The position numbers and the translations under genes are program-made. The notes under the pieces are model-generated. The model ran no database searches. It was not told where the DNA came from and worked only from the letters and a program-made list of their open reading frames with translations. Positions 16,991 through 26,966 of a stretch of 64,000 nt of DNA are shown here, in pieces. Where the stretch lies: contig JANOSY010000014.1 in assembly GCA_031416075.1 (NCBI GenBank), positions 1 through 64,000 on the forward strand, in the 5' to 3' direction. Numbering within the stretch: position 1 is the first letter of the stretch; every line of letters begins with the position of its first letter. The DNA comes from Candidatus Tenderia sp. (GTDB taxonomy: Bacteria > Pseudomonadota > Gammaproteobacteria > Tenderiales > Tenderiaceae).

Positions 16991-17980
16991 ATGTATGAGT
17001 CATTTTATAAACTGAATGCCAAACCTTTCCAGCTTAGTCCGGATCCCCGTTTCTTTTTTGGGAGCCAGGGTCATAAGCGGGCGATGTCCTATTTGCGTTA
17101 CGGACTCTCTCAGGGCGAGGGGTTTATTATAATCACTGGTGGTGTGGGGACGGGTAAAACCACGCTGGTTAGAGCTTTGTTTGAAGATCTGGCTAAAGAG
17201 AATGTGGTTGCTGCACAGTTGGTCACAACCCATCTTGAAGCGGATGATACCTTACGGATGGCAGCGGCTTCGTTTGGACTTGCCCATGAGGGGGCAAGTA
17301 AGGCGGCGATTCTTAAAAACCTGGAGACATTTTTGTTAGCACGGACGCGCGAAGGCAAGCGTGTTCTGCTGGTGATTGATGAGGCGCAAAACCTGCCGGT
17401 GGCTTCGCTTGAAGAGTTGCGTATGCTCTCCAACTTTCAGGAAGATGGTCGGGCATTGTTGCAAAGTTTTTTATTGGGTCAAGAAGAGTTTAAAGCAACC
17501 CTGCAGCTTGACGGGCTGGAGCAGTTGCGCCAGCGAGTGATTGCCGCCTATCACCTTGAGCCATTATCGGCAGAGGAGTCACGAGAGTATATTGAACATC
17601 GCCTCAAACTGGTTGGCTGGAATCGCGATCCTGAAATTACTGCCGCTGCTTATGGTGAAATATTTACCTATACCACGGGTGTGCCACGCAAGATAAATAC
17701 TTTTTGCGATCGGTTGATGTTATTTGGTTACCTGGAAGAGCTGCATAAGCTCGATATTGAGCAGGTGCGCGAGGTGATAGCAGAGCTGCGGCAGGAGAGC
17801 CCTGTGATGGAGGCGGTGCTTGGTCGGCCTGTGGACACACCAACCACGCCGGTTGGATTCTCCTATTCGCAGGAGAGAGAGCAGCGCGATGGGCTGGAAG
17901 ATCGTGTCAGTATTCTTGAGGGTCGTATAGACATCTTGGAAAAGGCTTTCCGCCGACTGCTCGAAACGGGGCGACGTTAG
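16991..17980 (+). CDS. XrtA/PEP-CTERM system-associated ATPase (ExeA/GspA-like)
   Basis: MYESFY..PFQLSPDPRFFF, GGVGTGKTT, IDEAQNL, LEELRMLSN, GVPRKIN. Confidence 0.92.
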   Translation: MYESFYKLNAKPFQLSPDPRFFFGSQGHKRAMSYLRYGLSQGEGFIIITGGVGTGKTTLVRALFEDLAKENVVAAQLVTTHLEADDTLRMAAASFGLAHEGASKAAILKNLETFLLARTREGKRVLLVIDEAQNLPVASLEELRMLSNFQEDGRALLQSFLLGQEEFKATLQLDGLEQLRQRVIAAYHLEPLSAEESREYIEHRLKLVGWNRDPEITAAAYGEIFTYTTGVPRKINTFCDRLMLFGYLEELHKLDIEQVREVIAELRQESPVMEAVLGRPVDTPTTPVGFSYSQEREQRDGLEDRVSILEGRIDILEKAFRRLLETGRR

Positions 17981-18002
17981 GTTGAATGGGACGGCAGCTG
18001 TG

Positions 18003-19139
18003 ATGCATGACAATAACAGGGTCAAAATAGTCTGTGTTGTGGGAGCACGGCCCAATTTCATGAAAATTGCGCCAATCATTAGCCAAATGCAGCGTCAGGA
18101 GAGCCGGTTAATGCCCTATCTGGTGCACACCGGACAGCATTATGACAAAGAGATGAAACATAGTTTCTTTGAGCAGCTGGGTATTCCTGAGCCGAATGTT
18201 GATCTGGGAGTGGGGTCAGGCAGCCATGCTGTGCAAACGGCAGAGGTGATGCGTCGTTTTGAGCCTGTATTGGATGAGCAGCAACCGGCCGCGATCCTCG
18301 TTGTGGGCGATGTAAACTCAACCATTGCCTGTGCGCTGGTGGCGGTTAAAAAAGGTGTACCGGTTATTCATGTTGAGGCTGGGCTGCGTAGTTTTGACCG
18401 CACTATGCCGGAAGAGATTAATCGCATCTTGACGGATCAGATCTCTGATTATCTTTTTACCACTGAGCGTGCGGCGGCGGATAACTTGGCACGTGAAGGC
18501 ATTGGCGGTGAGCGGGTTCAGTTTGTTGGCAACGTCATGATTGATACCTTGCTGAGCAATTTGAAACGGGCTACCCCCTTTGACAAAACATTGGCTAAGT
18601 ATGTTAAAGACAAAACACTCTATTGTGATGGTTTTGGTCTGTTAACCATGCATCGCCCCTCTAATGTTGATGATGGGGTTGTCTTGGAGCGGCTGTTAAC
18701 GGCGGTAGGGAAGATCAGCCATGACCTCCCCATTCTGTTTCCTGTGCACCCACGAACGGCCGCGAAAATTGAACAGTTTGGTTTGCAATCCTTGTTTAAT
18801 GTGGCACGTATCCAGCAGCTGCCCCCTCTAGGGTACCTCGATCTGCTCGGTATCATGGCGGAGGCGAAGTTGGTATTGACCGATTCGGGCGGTATTCAGG
18901 AGGAGACCACGGCGTTAGGTGTGCCATGTATTACGTTGCGTGAAAATACTGAGCGCCCTATTACGGTTGATGAAGGGACAAACACTATTGTGGGTACAGA
19001 TGCCCAACGTATTGTGGATGTTGCTTATGAAATCATTGCACACGGTGGTAAGCGAGGTTGCGTGCCTGAGTATTGGGATGGTCGTGCGGCGGAACGTATT
19101 GTGACATTTTTAGAGCAACGTTTCGCCGGACAGGTATGA
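18003..19139 (+). CDS. wecB: UDP-N-acetylglucosamine 2-epimerase (non-hydrolysing)
   Basis: GARPNFMK, HTGQHYD, GDVNST, HVEAGLRS, TDSGGIQEE, TERP. Confidence 0.95.
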   Translation: MHDNNRVKIVCVVGARPNFMKIAPIISQMQRQESRLMPYLVHTGQHYDKEMKHSFFEQLGIPEPNVDLGVGSGSHAVQTAEVMRRFEPVLDEQQPAAILVVGDVNSTIACALVAVKKGVPVIHVEAGLRSFDRTMPEEINRILTDQISDYLFTTERAAADNLAREGIGGERVQFVGNVMIDTLLSNLKRATPFDKTLAKYVKDKTLYCDGFGLLTMHRPSNVDDGVVLERLLTAVGKISHDLPILFPVHPRTAAKIEQFGLQSLFNVARIQQLPPLGYLDLLGIMAEAKLVLTDSGGIQEETTALGVPCITLRENTERPITVDEGTNTIVGTDAQRIVDVAYEIIAHGGKRGCVPEYWDGRAAERIVTFLEQRFAGQV

Positions 19140-19975
19140 CAGTGGCGCTGCGTAATGCAATGACGGTAGATGTAGAGGATTACTTTCAAGTCTCCGCGTT
19201 TGAAAAACATATTGACCGTGCCGACTGGGACCGTTTGCCTCATCGGGTTGAACAAAACACCCACCGTATTCTCGATCTGTTTAATGAGCATGATGTTAAG
19301 GCTACTTTTTTTACCTTGGGTTGGGTAGCGGAGCGTTATCCTGACCTGATAAAACGGATGGTGAATGAAGGCCATGAACTTGCCAGCCACGGTTATTCCC
19401 ATGTGCGCGTGACCCAACAGACCCCCGCTGAGTTTCGGGCGGATGTGATTAAGACAAAAATGCTGCTGGAGGATCTCTCAGGCGTTGTGATTAAAGGGTA
19501 TCGTGCAGCCAGCTACTCCATCAATGAGTCCAATATGTGGGCGTTGAAGATTCTGGAGGAGACGGGGCATGTGTATAGCTCTAGCATCTACCCGGTAAAG
19601 CATGATCTATACGGTGTGCCTGATGCGCCACGTTTTTCATTTAGGCCTCATGGTGATAGTGGAATCCTTGAAATACCGATTACCACTATTGAGCTGTTTG
19701 GAAAAAAACTGCCCTGTGGTGGCGGCGGTTTTTTTAGACTCTACCCTTACCCGTTTTCGCGTTGGGCGATCAATCGAATCAATCAGCAGGATGGGCAGCC
19801 AGGTATTTTCTATTTTCACCCATGGGAGATCGACGTGGCCCAGCCACAGCAGCGTAATATTGGCATGAAGACCCGGTTTAGACACTACTTAAACCTCGGG
19901 AAAATGCATAATCGGCTCTCCAGATTGCTTCACGATTTTGCATGGAATCGAATGGATAAGGTCTTTGGTGTCTAG
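19136..19975 (+). CDS. XrtA-system polysaccharide deacetylase (TIGR03006-like)
   Basis: TVDVEDYFQV, ATFFTLGW, HELASHGYSH, GGGFFR, YFHPWEID; ATGA overlap with wecB. Confidence 0.92.
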   Translation: MTVALRNAMTVDVEDYFQVSAFEKHIDRADWDRLPHRVEQNTHRILDLFNEHDVKATFFTLGWVAERYPDLIKRMVNEGHELASHGYSHVRVTQQTPAEFRADVIKTKMLLEDLSGVVIKGYRAASYSINESNMWALKILEETGHVYSSSIYPVKHDLYGVPDAPRFSFRPHGDSGILEIPITTIELFGKKLPCGGGGFFRLYPYPFSRWAINRINQQDGQPGIFYFHPWEIDVAQPQQRNIGMKTRFRHYLNLGKMHNRLSRLLHDFAWNRMDKVFGV

Positions 19976-21209
19976 TGTTGAAATAGCGGTTGATAGCCGT
20001 CCGCCCCTGCTATTTTTGGTCCATCGCATCCCCTATCCACCTAATAAAGGTGACAAGATCAGGTCGTTTCATTGGCTGAGTGCTTTGTCACAACGGTATC
20101 GAGTGTTTCTGGCAACATTTGTCGACCACGATGCCGATTGGCAATATGTTGATGTAGTGAAACACTACTGTCAGGATGTCTGTATTGTAGAATTGTCGCG
20201 CCAGCGGTTGTTGTGGCGTGCAGGACTGACCTTCCTGACAGAGCAGCCGATAACAACCCTGTGTTATCAGCATGAAAAGATAGCCACGTGGGTGAGTCGG
20301 GTGGTTGAACAGCATCAGATAGAGGATGTGTTGGTATTTTCGTCATCCATGGCTCAATATGTGGACAGTGAACGTTATGGGCAGTTGAATCGTGTAATCG
20401 ATTTTGTAGATGTGGATTCAGATAAATGGCAACAGTACGCAAAATTCAAACCATGGCCTCTATCATGGGTTTATAGACGTGAAGCACAGCGGCTGTTTAA
20501 TTATGAGCGTCATATCAGCGCCGCGTTTCGCAAAGTATTTTTTGTCTCCAGGGAAGAGGCCCGGTTGTTTGCAGATAAAACGAGCGGAGAGCACCATTGG
20601 ATAGAACATGTGAATAATGGTGTTGATATGCCCGCTGCTGGCCATGCCAATGCGGGTAACCCGTTTGAGGGCGACGGTGATGGTTATAATATTGTTTTTG
20701 TGGGGACCTTGGATTACTGGCCAAATGAAGATGCAGTATTGTGGTTTGTAAACAAGGTATATAGCGTTATTGTTAAAAGCGACACCAGTATTCGATTTTA
20801 CGTGGTGGGTAGCAATCCGACGTCACAGATTCAAGCGCTTGAGCGCATCGGTGGTGTGCGAATAGTGGCCAATGTCGCTGATGTCAAACCTTATTTCCTG
20901 TATGCAGACGTTGCGGTTGCACCATTGCGGGTGGCCCGTGGCGTTCAGAATAAAGTATTAGAGGCGTTGGTGGCAGGTGCGCCCTGTATCGCATCTCACA
21001 AGGCAATGGAGGGGATTGATATTGAGTGCGATAATCTTTACGTGGCAAGTGGCGAACAGTCATGGTGTCAGTTATTACAGAAAATTTTACATCAGCCACG
21101 GTCAGCACGACGCAGATCAGCGCCTGTTTGTCGTGGCCTGGAGCAGTATGATTGGCAGCTAAATGCCAACAGGATGCTGGAGATTATAGAGCGTGAAGGT
21201 AAAGTGTAA
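19968..21209 (+). CDS. PEP-CTERM/XrtA-system glycosyltransferase (GT4, TIGR03087-like)
   Basis: HRIPYPPNKGDKIRSF, DFVDVDSDKW, ARGVQNKVLEA. Confidence 0.9.
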   Translation: MSSVEIAVDSRPPLLFLVHRIPYPPNKGDKIRSFHWLSALSQRYRVFLATFVDHDADWQYVDVVKHYCQDVCIVELSRQRLLWRAGLTFLTEQPITTLCYQHEKIATWVSRVVEQHQIEDVLVFSSSMAQYVDSERYGQLNRVIDFVDVDSDKWQQYAKFKPWPLSWVYRREAQRLFNYERHISAAFRKVFFVSREEARLFADKTSGEHHWIEHVNNGVDMPAAGHANAGNPFEGDGDGYNIVFVGTLDYWPNEDAVLWFVNKVYSVIVKSDTSIRFYVVGSNPTSQIQALERIGGVRIVANVADVKPYFLYADVAVAPLRVARGVQNKVLEALVAGAPCIASHKAMEGIDIECDNLYVASGEQSWCQLLQKILHQPRSARRRSAPVCRGLEQYDWQLNANRMLEIIEREGKV

Positions 21210-21220
21210 ATGGAATTGAC

Positions 21221-22732
21221 ATGGAGATAAAGTGGCGTACATCCATCATGATGATTGCCGTGAGTGCGCTGGTGATTGTTGGGGCATTCTGGACAACCTT
21301 CACCACTATGTATGCAACCTGGGCAAATTCACAAACTTTTACCCACTGCTTCTTTGTTGCCCCTTTAAGTGCGTGGCTTGTTTGGCGTGAGCGGCGAGTA
21401 TTAAAACCGTTACGACCGACATCTACATATCTTTTTTTGCCACTTTTGGTAGTGGTGGGATTGGCTTGGCTGTTTGCAACCTATATTGACATATTGTTAT
21501 TTAAACAGCTGGCAGTGGTCACGCTATTCTTGGTGATTGTATTGAGTGTGCTGGGCTGGCAGGTGACAAAGAAAATCATCTTTCCACTGCTGCTGCTCTA
21601 TTTCTTAGTGCCAGCGGGCGATGAACTTATTCCCTATCTCATCGATTTTACTGCCAACTTTACCGTTGCAGCCGTCAGAATGGTGGGGGTGCCGGTATAT
21701 CAGGAGGGGCAGTTACTTTTTTTGCCCACTAGCACCTGGTCAGTGGTTAAGCAGTGTAGTGGTGTACGTTATCTGATAGCTTCGTTTATGCTGGGATTTC
21801 TTTATGCCTACCTGAATTACACTAAGCTTTGGAAACGTCTACTATTTATTGCCATATCGCTGATTGTGCCCGTAATTGCCAATGGCATGCGTGCATCAAT
21901 GATTGTATTGCTTGGCCATTACAGTGACATGACATTAGCCGTAGGTGTTGATCATCTGATCTATGGATGGGTATTTTTTGGCATAGTGATTGGTGCCATG
22001 TTTTATCTGGGATCATTTTTTGCTGATCCTGTACCGAATGAGTCGCCGCTCTCATTTGCACTTGATAGCAATACAAATCGCGGTGGTTCCTCCAGAAAAG
22101 CGGTTACCGTTTTGCTGCTGGCGTTAACGCTGTCAGTGGTGTGGCCACTTTACTACCACTACTCGTCTGAGCAGCCACAACTGAACGGGAAAGACTACTC
22201 TGTAGCAATGCCTGATGTCCCTGGGTGGGCAGGTGGTGAGCCGATAGTGACTGACTGGATTCCCGCTTATAGAAACTTTGATGCCGATGGTGCAGGAAAT
22301 TACCGTACGGAACAGGGCGTGGTGAAACTCTACATCGCCTATTACAACTCGCAGCACCAGGATCATGAGCTGGTCAATTATCACAACTCAATGCTGGATG
22401 AGCATGATACAGCTTGGCATGTGGTAGAACACGGTGTTGTCACTTTGACATTAGCGGGTAAAGAGGTTGATGTATCACGCATGGTGGTGAAATCTGAATC
22501 AGAGAGATTGTCACTGCTCTATTTTAATTATATGGAGAGCGGATTTGTTGCCGGTGATACGCGGACAAAACTGGCGGAGGCGACGTTACGGTTACGTGGG
22601 TTGCCAACATACGGTGCTTTAGTCACGGTGATTTCCCCTTACAGTCAAGAGGCAGTGGCGTTGAATAGTGCCTTTGCAGAGGCGGCGGCAGATGCGGTAG
22701 CGGGAAAAATCAGGGCCGCGCATGGAGAGTAG
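21221..22732 (+). CDS. xrtA: Exosortase A with a C-terminal EpsI-like domain
   Basis: Multi-TM; catalytic Cys (CSGVRY), Arg (ANGMR) and His (VDHLIYGW); periplasmic C-domain with YIAYY..Q..ELVN. Confidence 0.95.
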   Translation: MEIKWRTSIMMIAVSALVIVGAFWTTFTTMYATWANSQTFTHCFFVAPLSAWLVWRERRVLKPLRPTSTYLFLPLLVVVGLAWLFATYIDILLFKQLAVVTLFLVIVLSVLGWQVTKKIIFPLLLLYFLVPAGDELIPYLIDFTANFTVAAVRMVGVPVYQEGQLLFLPTSTWSVVKQCSGVRYLIASFMLGFLYAYLNYTKLWKRLLFIAISLIVPVIANGMRASMIVLLGHYSDMTLAVGVDHLIYGWVFFGIVIGAMFYLGSFFADPVPNESPLSFALDSNTNRGGSSRKAVTVLLLALTLSVVWPLYYHYSSEQPQLNGKDYSVAMPDVPGWAGGEPIVTDWIPAYRNFDADGAGNYRTEQGVVKLYIAYYNSQHQDHELVNYHNSMLDEHDTAWHVVEHGVVTLTLAGKEVDVSRMVVKSESERLSLLYFNYMESGFVAGDTRTKLAEATLRLRGLPTYGALVTVISPYSQEAVALNSAFAEAAADAVAGKIRAAHGE

Positions 22733-23849
22733 TGCGCCACTGGTGGTGCACGTGGTCTACCGGTTTGGTATTGGCGGGTTGGAGAATGGTGTGGTGAATA
22801 TTATTAACCATATGCCACCAGAGCGGTACCGACATGCAATTATCTGTGCGACAGATTACACCGACTTTGTTAAAAGAATAACTCGCCCTGATGTTGAGGT
22901 GTATGCACTGAATAAACGGCCGGGCAATGATCTGCGTGCCCAATACCGTTTCTGGAAGCTGCTTCGCCAATTAACCCCCACCATTGTCCATACCCGAAAT
23001 ATGGGTACTATCGAATATGTCATTCCCGCATTACTGGCCGGTGTAAAACATCGTATTCACGGCGAACATGGCCGGGACATGCTCGACATTGATGGCAGTC
23101 ATCAGAAATATATATTGATGCGGCGGTTATACGCACCTTTTGTTAGCCGTTTTATCACAATGTCTCGCGATCTTGAACAGTGGTTGATTGATCTGGTGGG
23201 GATCCCCGTTCGTAAGGTAACGCAACTCTATAATGGTGTTGATGTGCAGCGGTTTGATAGCCCAACACTATATCAGCGCAGTGACTTTGGTCTGTACAAA
23301 CATGATTTTGTGATTGGCACCGTGGGCAGATTGCAAGGTGAAAAAGATCAGGCGACCTTGATTAAGGCTTTCTCTAAATTACATACAGAGCTGTCGGATC
23401 TGGCTTCGCTCAAACTGTTGATGATTGGCGATGGGCCGGAGCGCAGCACCCTTGAAGCACTGGCCATGGATCTTGGTATAGCCGATAAAGTACTGTTTTT
23501 GGGTGCGCGAGATGATGTGGCCAGCATGCTCGGTATGTTGGATCTGTTTGTTTTGCCCTCTCTGGGTGAAGGGATCTCGAATACCATTCTTGAGGCGATG
23601 GCGTCAGCCTTGCCAGTGGTGGCCACCCGTGTTGGTGGTAATCCAGAACTTGTTGAGCATGGGGTCACAGGTTTGTTGGTAAATGCTGCAGATGAGCAGG
23701 CGATGGCCGATGCTATTGCTGTGTATCTCAAATCGCCAGAATTGTTGATAGCGCATGGTACAGCAGGGCGTGAAGTGGTTGAGGAAAAATTCAGTATTGT
23801 GGCGATGGTGAATCGTTACATGGAAACTTACGATGCAGTGCAACCCTGA
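22722..23849 (+). CDS. PEP-CTERM/XrtA-system glycosyltransferase (GT4, TIGR03088-like)
   Basis: GGLENGVVN, HTRN, HGEHGRD, EGISNTILEAMA. Confidence 0.92.
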   Translation: MESSAPLVVHVVYRFGIGGLENGVVNIINHMPPERYRHAIICATDYTDFVKRITRPDVEVYALNKRPGNDLRAQYRFWKLLRQLTPTIVHTRNMGTIEYVIPALLAGVKHRIHGEHGRDMLDIDGSHQKYILMRRLYAPFVSRFITMSRDLEQWLIDLVGIPVRKVTQLYNGVDVQRFDSPTLYQRSDFGLYKHDFVIGTVGRLQGEKDQATLIKAFSKLHTELSDLASLKLLMIGDGPERSTLEALAMDLGIADKVLFLGARDDVASMLGMLDLFVLPSLGEGISNTILEAMASALPVVATRVGGNPELVEHGVTGLLVNAADEQAMADAIAVYLKSPELLIAHGTAGREVVEEKFSIVAMVNRYMETYDAVQP

Positions 23850-23891
23850 TTTGTTCACCCCGCTTATCAATAGAAGGATGAAAGGCTAAAT

Positions 23892-25784
23892 ATGTGTGGC
23901 ATCGTTGGAATATTTAACCTGACGGGTAGCGGCGAAATTGACCGTGATCTGCTTCAACGCATGAATGATGTACAGTACCACCGTGGTCCGGATGCGGATG
24001 GTCTGCATGTAGAGCCGGGAGTGGGGCTGGGACACAGGCGACTCTCGATCATTGATCTTTCCAGTGGCCAGCAGCCGATGGAAAATGAAGATGGCTCAGT
24101 GATCGTCACGTTTAATGGAGAGATTTATAACTTTCCTGAATTGAGTGAAGAACTCAAAGTGGCTGGCCACCAGTTTAAGACTCATAGTGATACTGAGGTC
24201 ATCGTTCATGCCTGGGAAGAGTGGGGAGAGGCGTGTGTATTGCGTTTTCGCGGCATGTTTGCCTTTGCTATTTGGGACCGTAATAAAAAAACGCTTTTTC
24301 TGGCCCGTGACAGGTTAGGTAAAAAACCGTTGCACTACTCACTGCTGCCAAATGGTGAGGTTATATTTGCATCAGAGATGAAGGCCCTCTACATTCACCC
24401 CCTGTTACACAAGCAGCTGGATCTTTTGGCGGTGGAAGAGTACTTTGCCCTGGGTTATATCCCTGACCCACGCAGCATATTTACCAGCATTCAAAAGTTG
24501 CCACCAGCGCACACATTGCTGCTGCAGCAGGGGGAACGGCTGCCAGCCCCTAAAGAGTATTGGGATATTCCGTTTACGCCTATCAGTTTCTCGTCGGAAG
24601 ATGAAGTTGTGTATGAGTTAACCCGGCGCTTTAAAGAGGCAGTCTCTATTCGTATGATGTCTGAAGTACCGCTGGGTGCATTTCTTTCAGGGGGCGTCGA
24701 TTCAAGTGCTGTGGTTGCGATGATGGCGCAAGAGTCAACTTCAGCTGTTAACACCTGTTCCATTGCCTTCCCCGATCCAAAATATAACGAATCAGAGTTT
24801 GCACGTATGGTGGCGGAGCGTTATCACACCAACCATTTGGTGGAAACAGTCGGTGCGGATGATTTCTCGCTGCTCGATTCGCTCATCGATGTTTATGATG
24901 AACCGTTCGCTGACAGCTCGGCCATTCCTACCTTTCGTGTATGTGAGCTGGCCAGAAAAAAAGTGGCTGTAGCGCTTTCGGGGGATGGTGCAGATGAGTA
25001 CTTTTCAGGTTATCGTCGCCATCGTTGGCACATGAATGAAGAGAAGATCAGAGGTTTGATGCCTTATGCACTACGTAAGCCGCTGTTTGGGTTTTTAGGC
25101 CGTTGTTATCCAAAAATGGATTGGGCACCCCGTTATTTGCGTGCCAAAACAACATTTCAAGGGTTGGCACGGGAAAGCGCATCGGCTTACTTTCATACAG
25201 TAGGGGTTATTTCTGATGAGCTGCGGGAAAAGATCTATTCCGATACATTTAAAAAGAGTCTGGCGGGTTACCGTGGCATTGAAGTATTTCGTAAGGTGGC
25301 TGCCCGTTCTCCCAGTGACCACCCACTGTCGCTGATTCAGTACCTTGATCTTAAAACTTACCTGAGTGGTGACATTCTCACTAAAGTTGACCGTGCCAGC
25401 ATGGCTAACTCACTGGAGGTGAGAGCCCCTTTGCTGGATCATAAATTAATCGAATGGGTCTCAGGCTTAAATCCTGATCTGAAATTGCGTGGTCAGCAGG
25501 GAAAATACATTCTTAAAAAGGCGATGGAGCCTCATCTGCCAAATGATGTGCTCTATCGTCAAAAGATGGGATTCTCTGTGCCGTTGGCAGAGTGGTTCAG
25601 GGGGCCGTTAAGTGGCATGGTGAAACAGCGGATTACAGCCGGAACGTTAATGAGCACAGGGCTGTTTAATGAAAAAACATTGAACACCATGGTGGCTGAA
25701 CATGCGAGTGGCATTAAAGATCATAGTACGCCGCTCTGGACGCTTTTGATGTTCGAGCGGTTTGTTGAAAGACATCTTCAGTAG
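23892..25784 (+). CDS. XrtA-system glutamine-dependent amidotransferase (AsnB-like)
   Basis: N-terminal MCGI, HRGPD, GHRRLSIIDL, FNGEIYN, FLSGGVDSS, SGDGADE. Confidence 0.93.
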   Translation: MCGIVGIFNLTGSGEIDRDLLQRMNDVQYHRGPDADGLHVEPGVGLGHRRLSIIDLSSGQQPMENEDGSVIVTFNGEIYNFPELSEELKVAGHQFKTHSDTEVIVHAWEEWGEACVLRFRGMFAFAIWDRNKKTLFLARDRLGKKPLHYSLLPNGEVIFASEMKALYIHPLLHKQLDLLAVEEYFALGYIPDPRSIFTSIQKLPPAHTLLLQQGERLPAPKEYWDIPFTPISFSSEDEVVYELTRRFKEAVSIRMMSEVPLGAFLSGGVDSSAVVAMMAQESTSAVNTCSIAFPDPKYNESEFARMVAERYHTNHLVETVGADDFSLLDSLIDVYDEPFADSSAIPTFRVCELARKKVAVALSGDGADEYFSGYRRHRWHMNEEKIRGLMPYALRKPLFGFLGRCYPKMDWAPRYLRAKTTFQGLARESASAYFHTVGVISDELREKIYSDTFKKSLAGYRGIEVFRKVAARSPSDHPLSLIQYLDLKTYLSGDILTKVDRASMANSLEVRAPLLDHKLIEWVSGLNPDLKLRGQQGKYILKKAMEPHLPNDVLYRQKMGFSVPLAEWFRGPLSGMVKQRITAGTLMSTGLFNEKTLNTMVAEHASGIKDHSTPLWTLLMFERFVERHLQ

Positions 25785-25787
25785 CAG

Positions 25788-26957
25788 GTGAGCATGAAAA
25801 TCCTCTATCACCATCGTCTCGGTTCAAAAGATGGCCAATATGTACATGTCACGGAGATCGTGAATTCACTGCGTAAGCAGGGGCACGAGGTCGTTATTGT
25901 CGAGCCAGAAATGTTAAAAAATAATGCATTTGGTGGTGAGACACCTCTTGTAGCAATGCTCAAAAAGAGGTTGCCACAGTTTCTCTATGAGGTGGCGGAG
26001 TTTTTTTACTCTTTCATCGCATTGATTAAAATTATGCGGGCTGCCAAAAAACATAAACCGGATTTTATATATGAACGGTTTAGCCTTTACATGATTGCCG
26101 GAGTGCTAGCTAAGCGGTTACTCGGTATTCCGCTTATTCTCGAAATCAATGCGCCACTTTACGAAGAGCGCTCTGAAGATCTGGTTATTTCACTCAACAA
26201 ATTTGCCCGTTGGACTCAGTGCTATACCTTTAAACATGCCGATAGGTTGTTGCCAGTCACGGGAGTGATGGCCAGTATTGTTAAAACATATGATGTGCCT
26301 GACAGTAAAATAGATGTGATCCACAACGGCATTAATACAGAGACGTTTGTCTATGCAGGCAGTAAGCAGGGTTATCGAAAATCGTTGAAACTACCCGAGC
26401 GTCTCACGATTGGCTTTGTCGGTTTTTTGCGTGGGTGGCATAAACTGGAGTATCTGCTGGAGTCATTTTCCAAGGCAACTTTGGGCAGTGATGCAACTTT
26501 GCTGATTATTGGTGATGGTCCGGGCAAGGTTGAGCTGCAACAGTTGGCAGAAAGTCTGGGGATTGGTGACCGGGTCCATATTACAGGCATTGTTGAGAGG
26601 GATGAGATGCCCGGTTATATTGCCGCACTTGATATAGCGATCCTGCCTAATGTGGTGCGGTATTCATCGCCACTGAAGCTCTTTGAATATATGGCCATGC
26701 AGTGTGCGGTGATCGCGCCAGACAGTGAAAATATTCGTGAAATATTAGTGAGCGGTGAAACCGCATTGCTGTTTGAAAAAGATCAGGTACAGCAGTTGAC
26801 TGAAAAACTACGTCATCTGGTACAGGAGAGTGTGCTGAGAGCGCAGATAGCCACTGCGGGACAGGCACTCATTGAGTCGGCAGGGTATACCTGGGATGAC
26901 AATGCCCGAAGGATTGTTAACCATGCTCACGCGCTTATAGAACCTCATGCTAGATAG
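25788..26957 (+). CDS. Glycosyltransferase family 4
   Basis: GQYVH, LEINAP, HNGI, SPLKLFEYMA. Confidence 0.9.
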   Translation: MSMKILYHHRLGSKDGQYVHVTEIVNSLRKQGHEVVIVEPEMLKNNAFGGETPLVAMLKKRLPQFLYEVAEFFYSFIALIKIMRAAKKHKPDFIYERFSLYMIAGVLAKRLLGIPLILEINAPLYEERSEDLVISLNKFARWTQCYTFKHADRLLPVTGVMASIVKTYDVPDSKIDVIHNGINTETFVYAGSKQGYRKSLKLPERLTIGFVGFLRGWHKLEYLLESFSKATLGSDATLLIIGDGPGKVELQQLAESLGIGDRVHITGIVERDEMPGYIAALDIAILPNVVRYSSPLKLFEYMAMQCAVIAPDSENIREILVSGETALLFEKDQVQQLTEKLRHLVQESVLRAQIATAGQALIESAGYTWDDNARRIVNHAHALIEPHAR

Positions 26958-26966
26958 AAATCAGTC

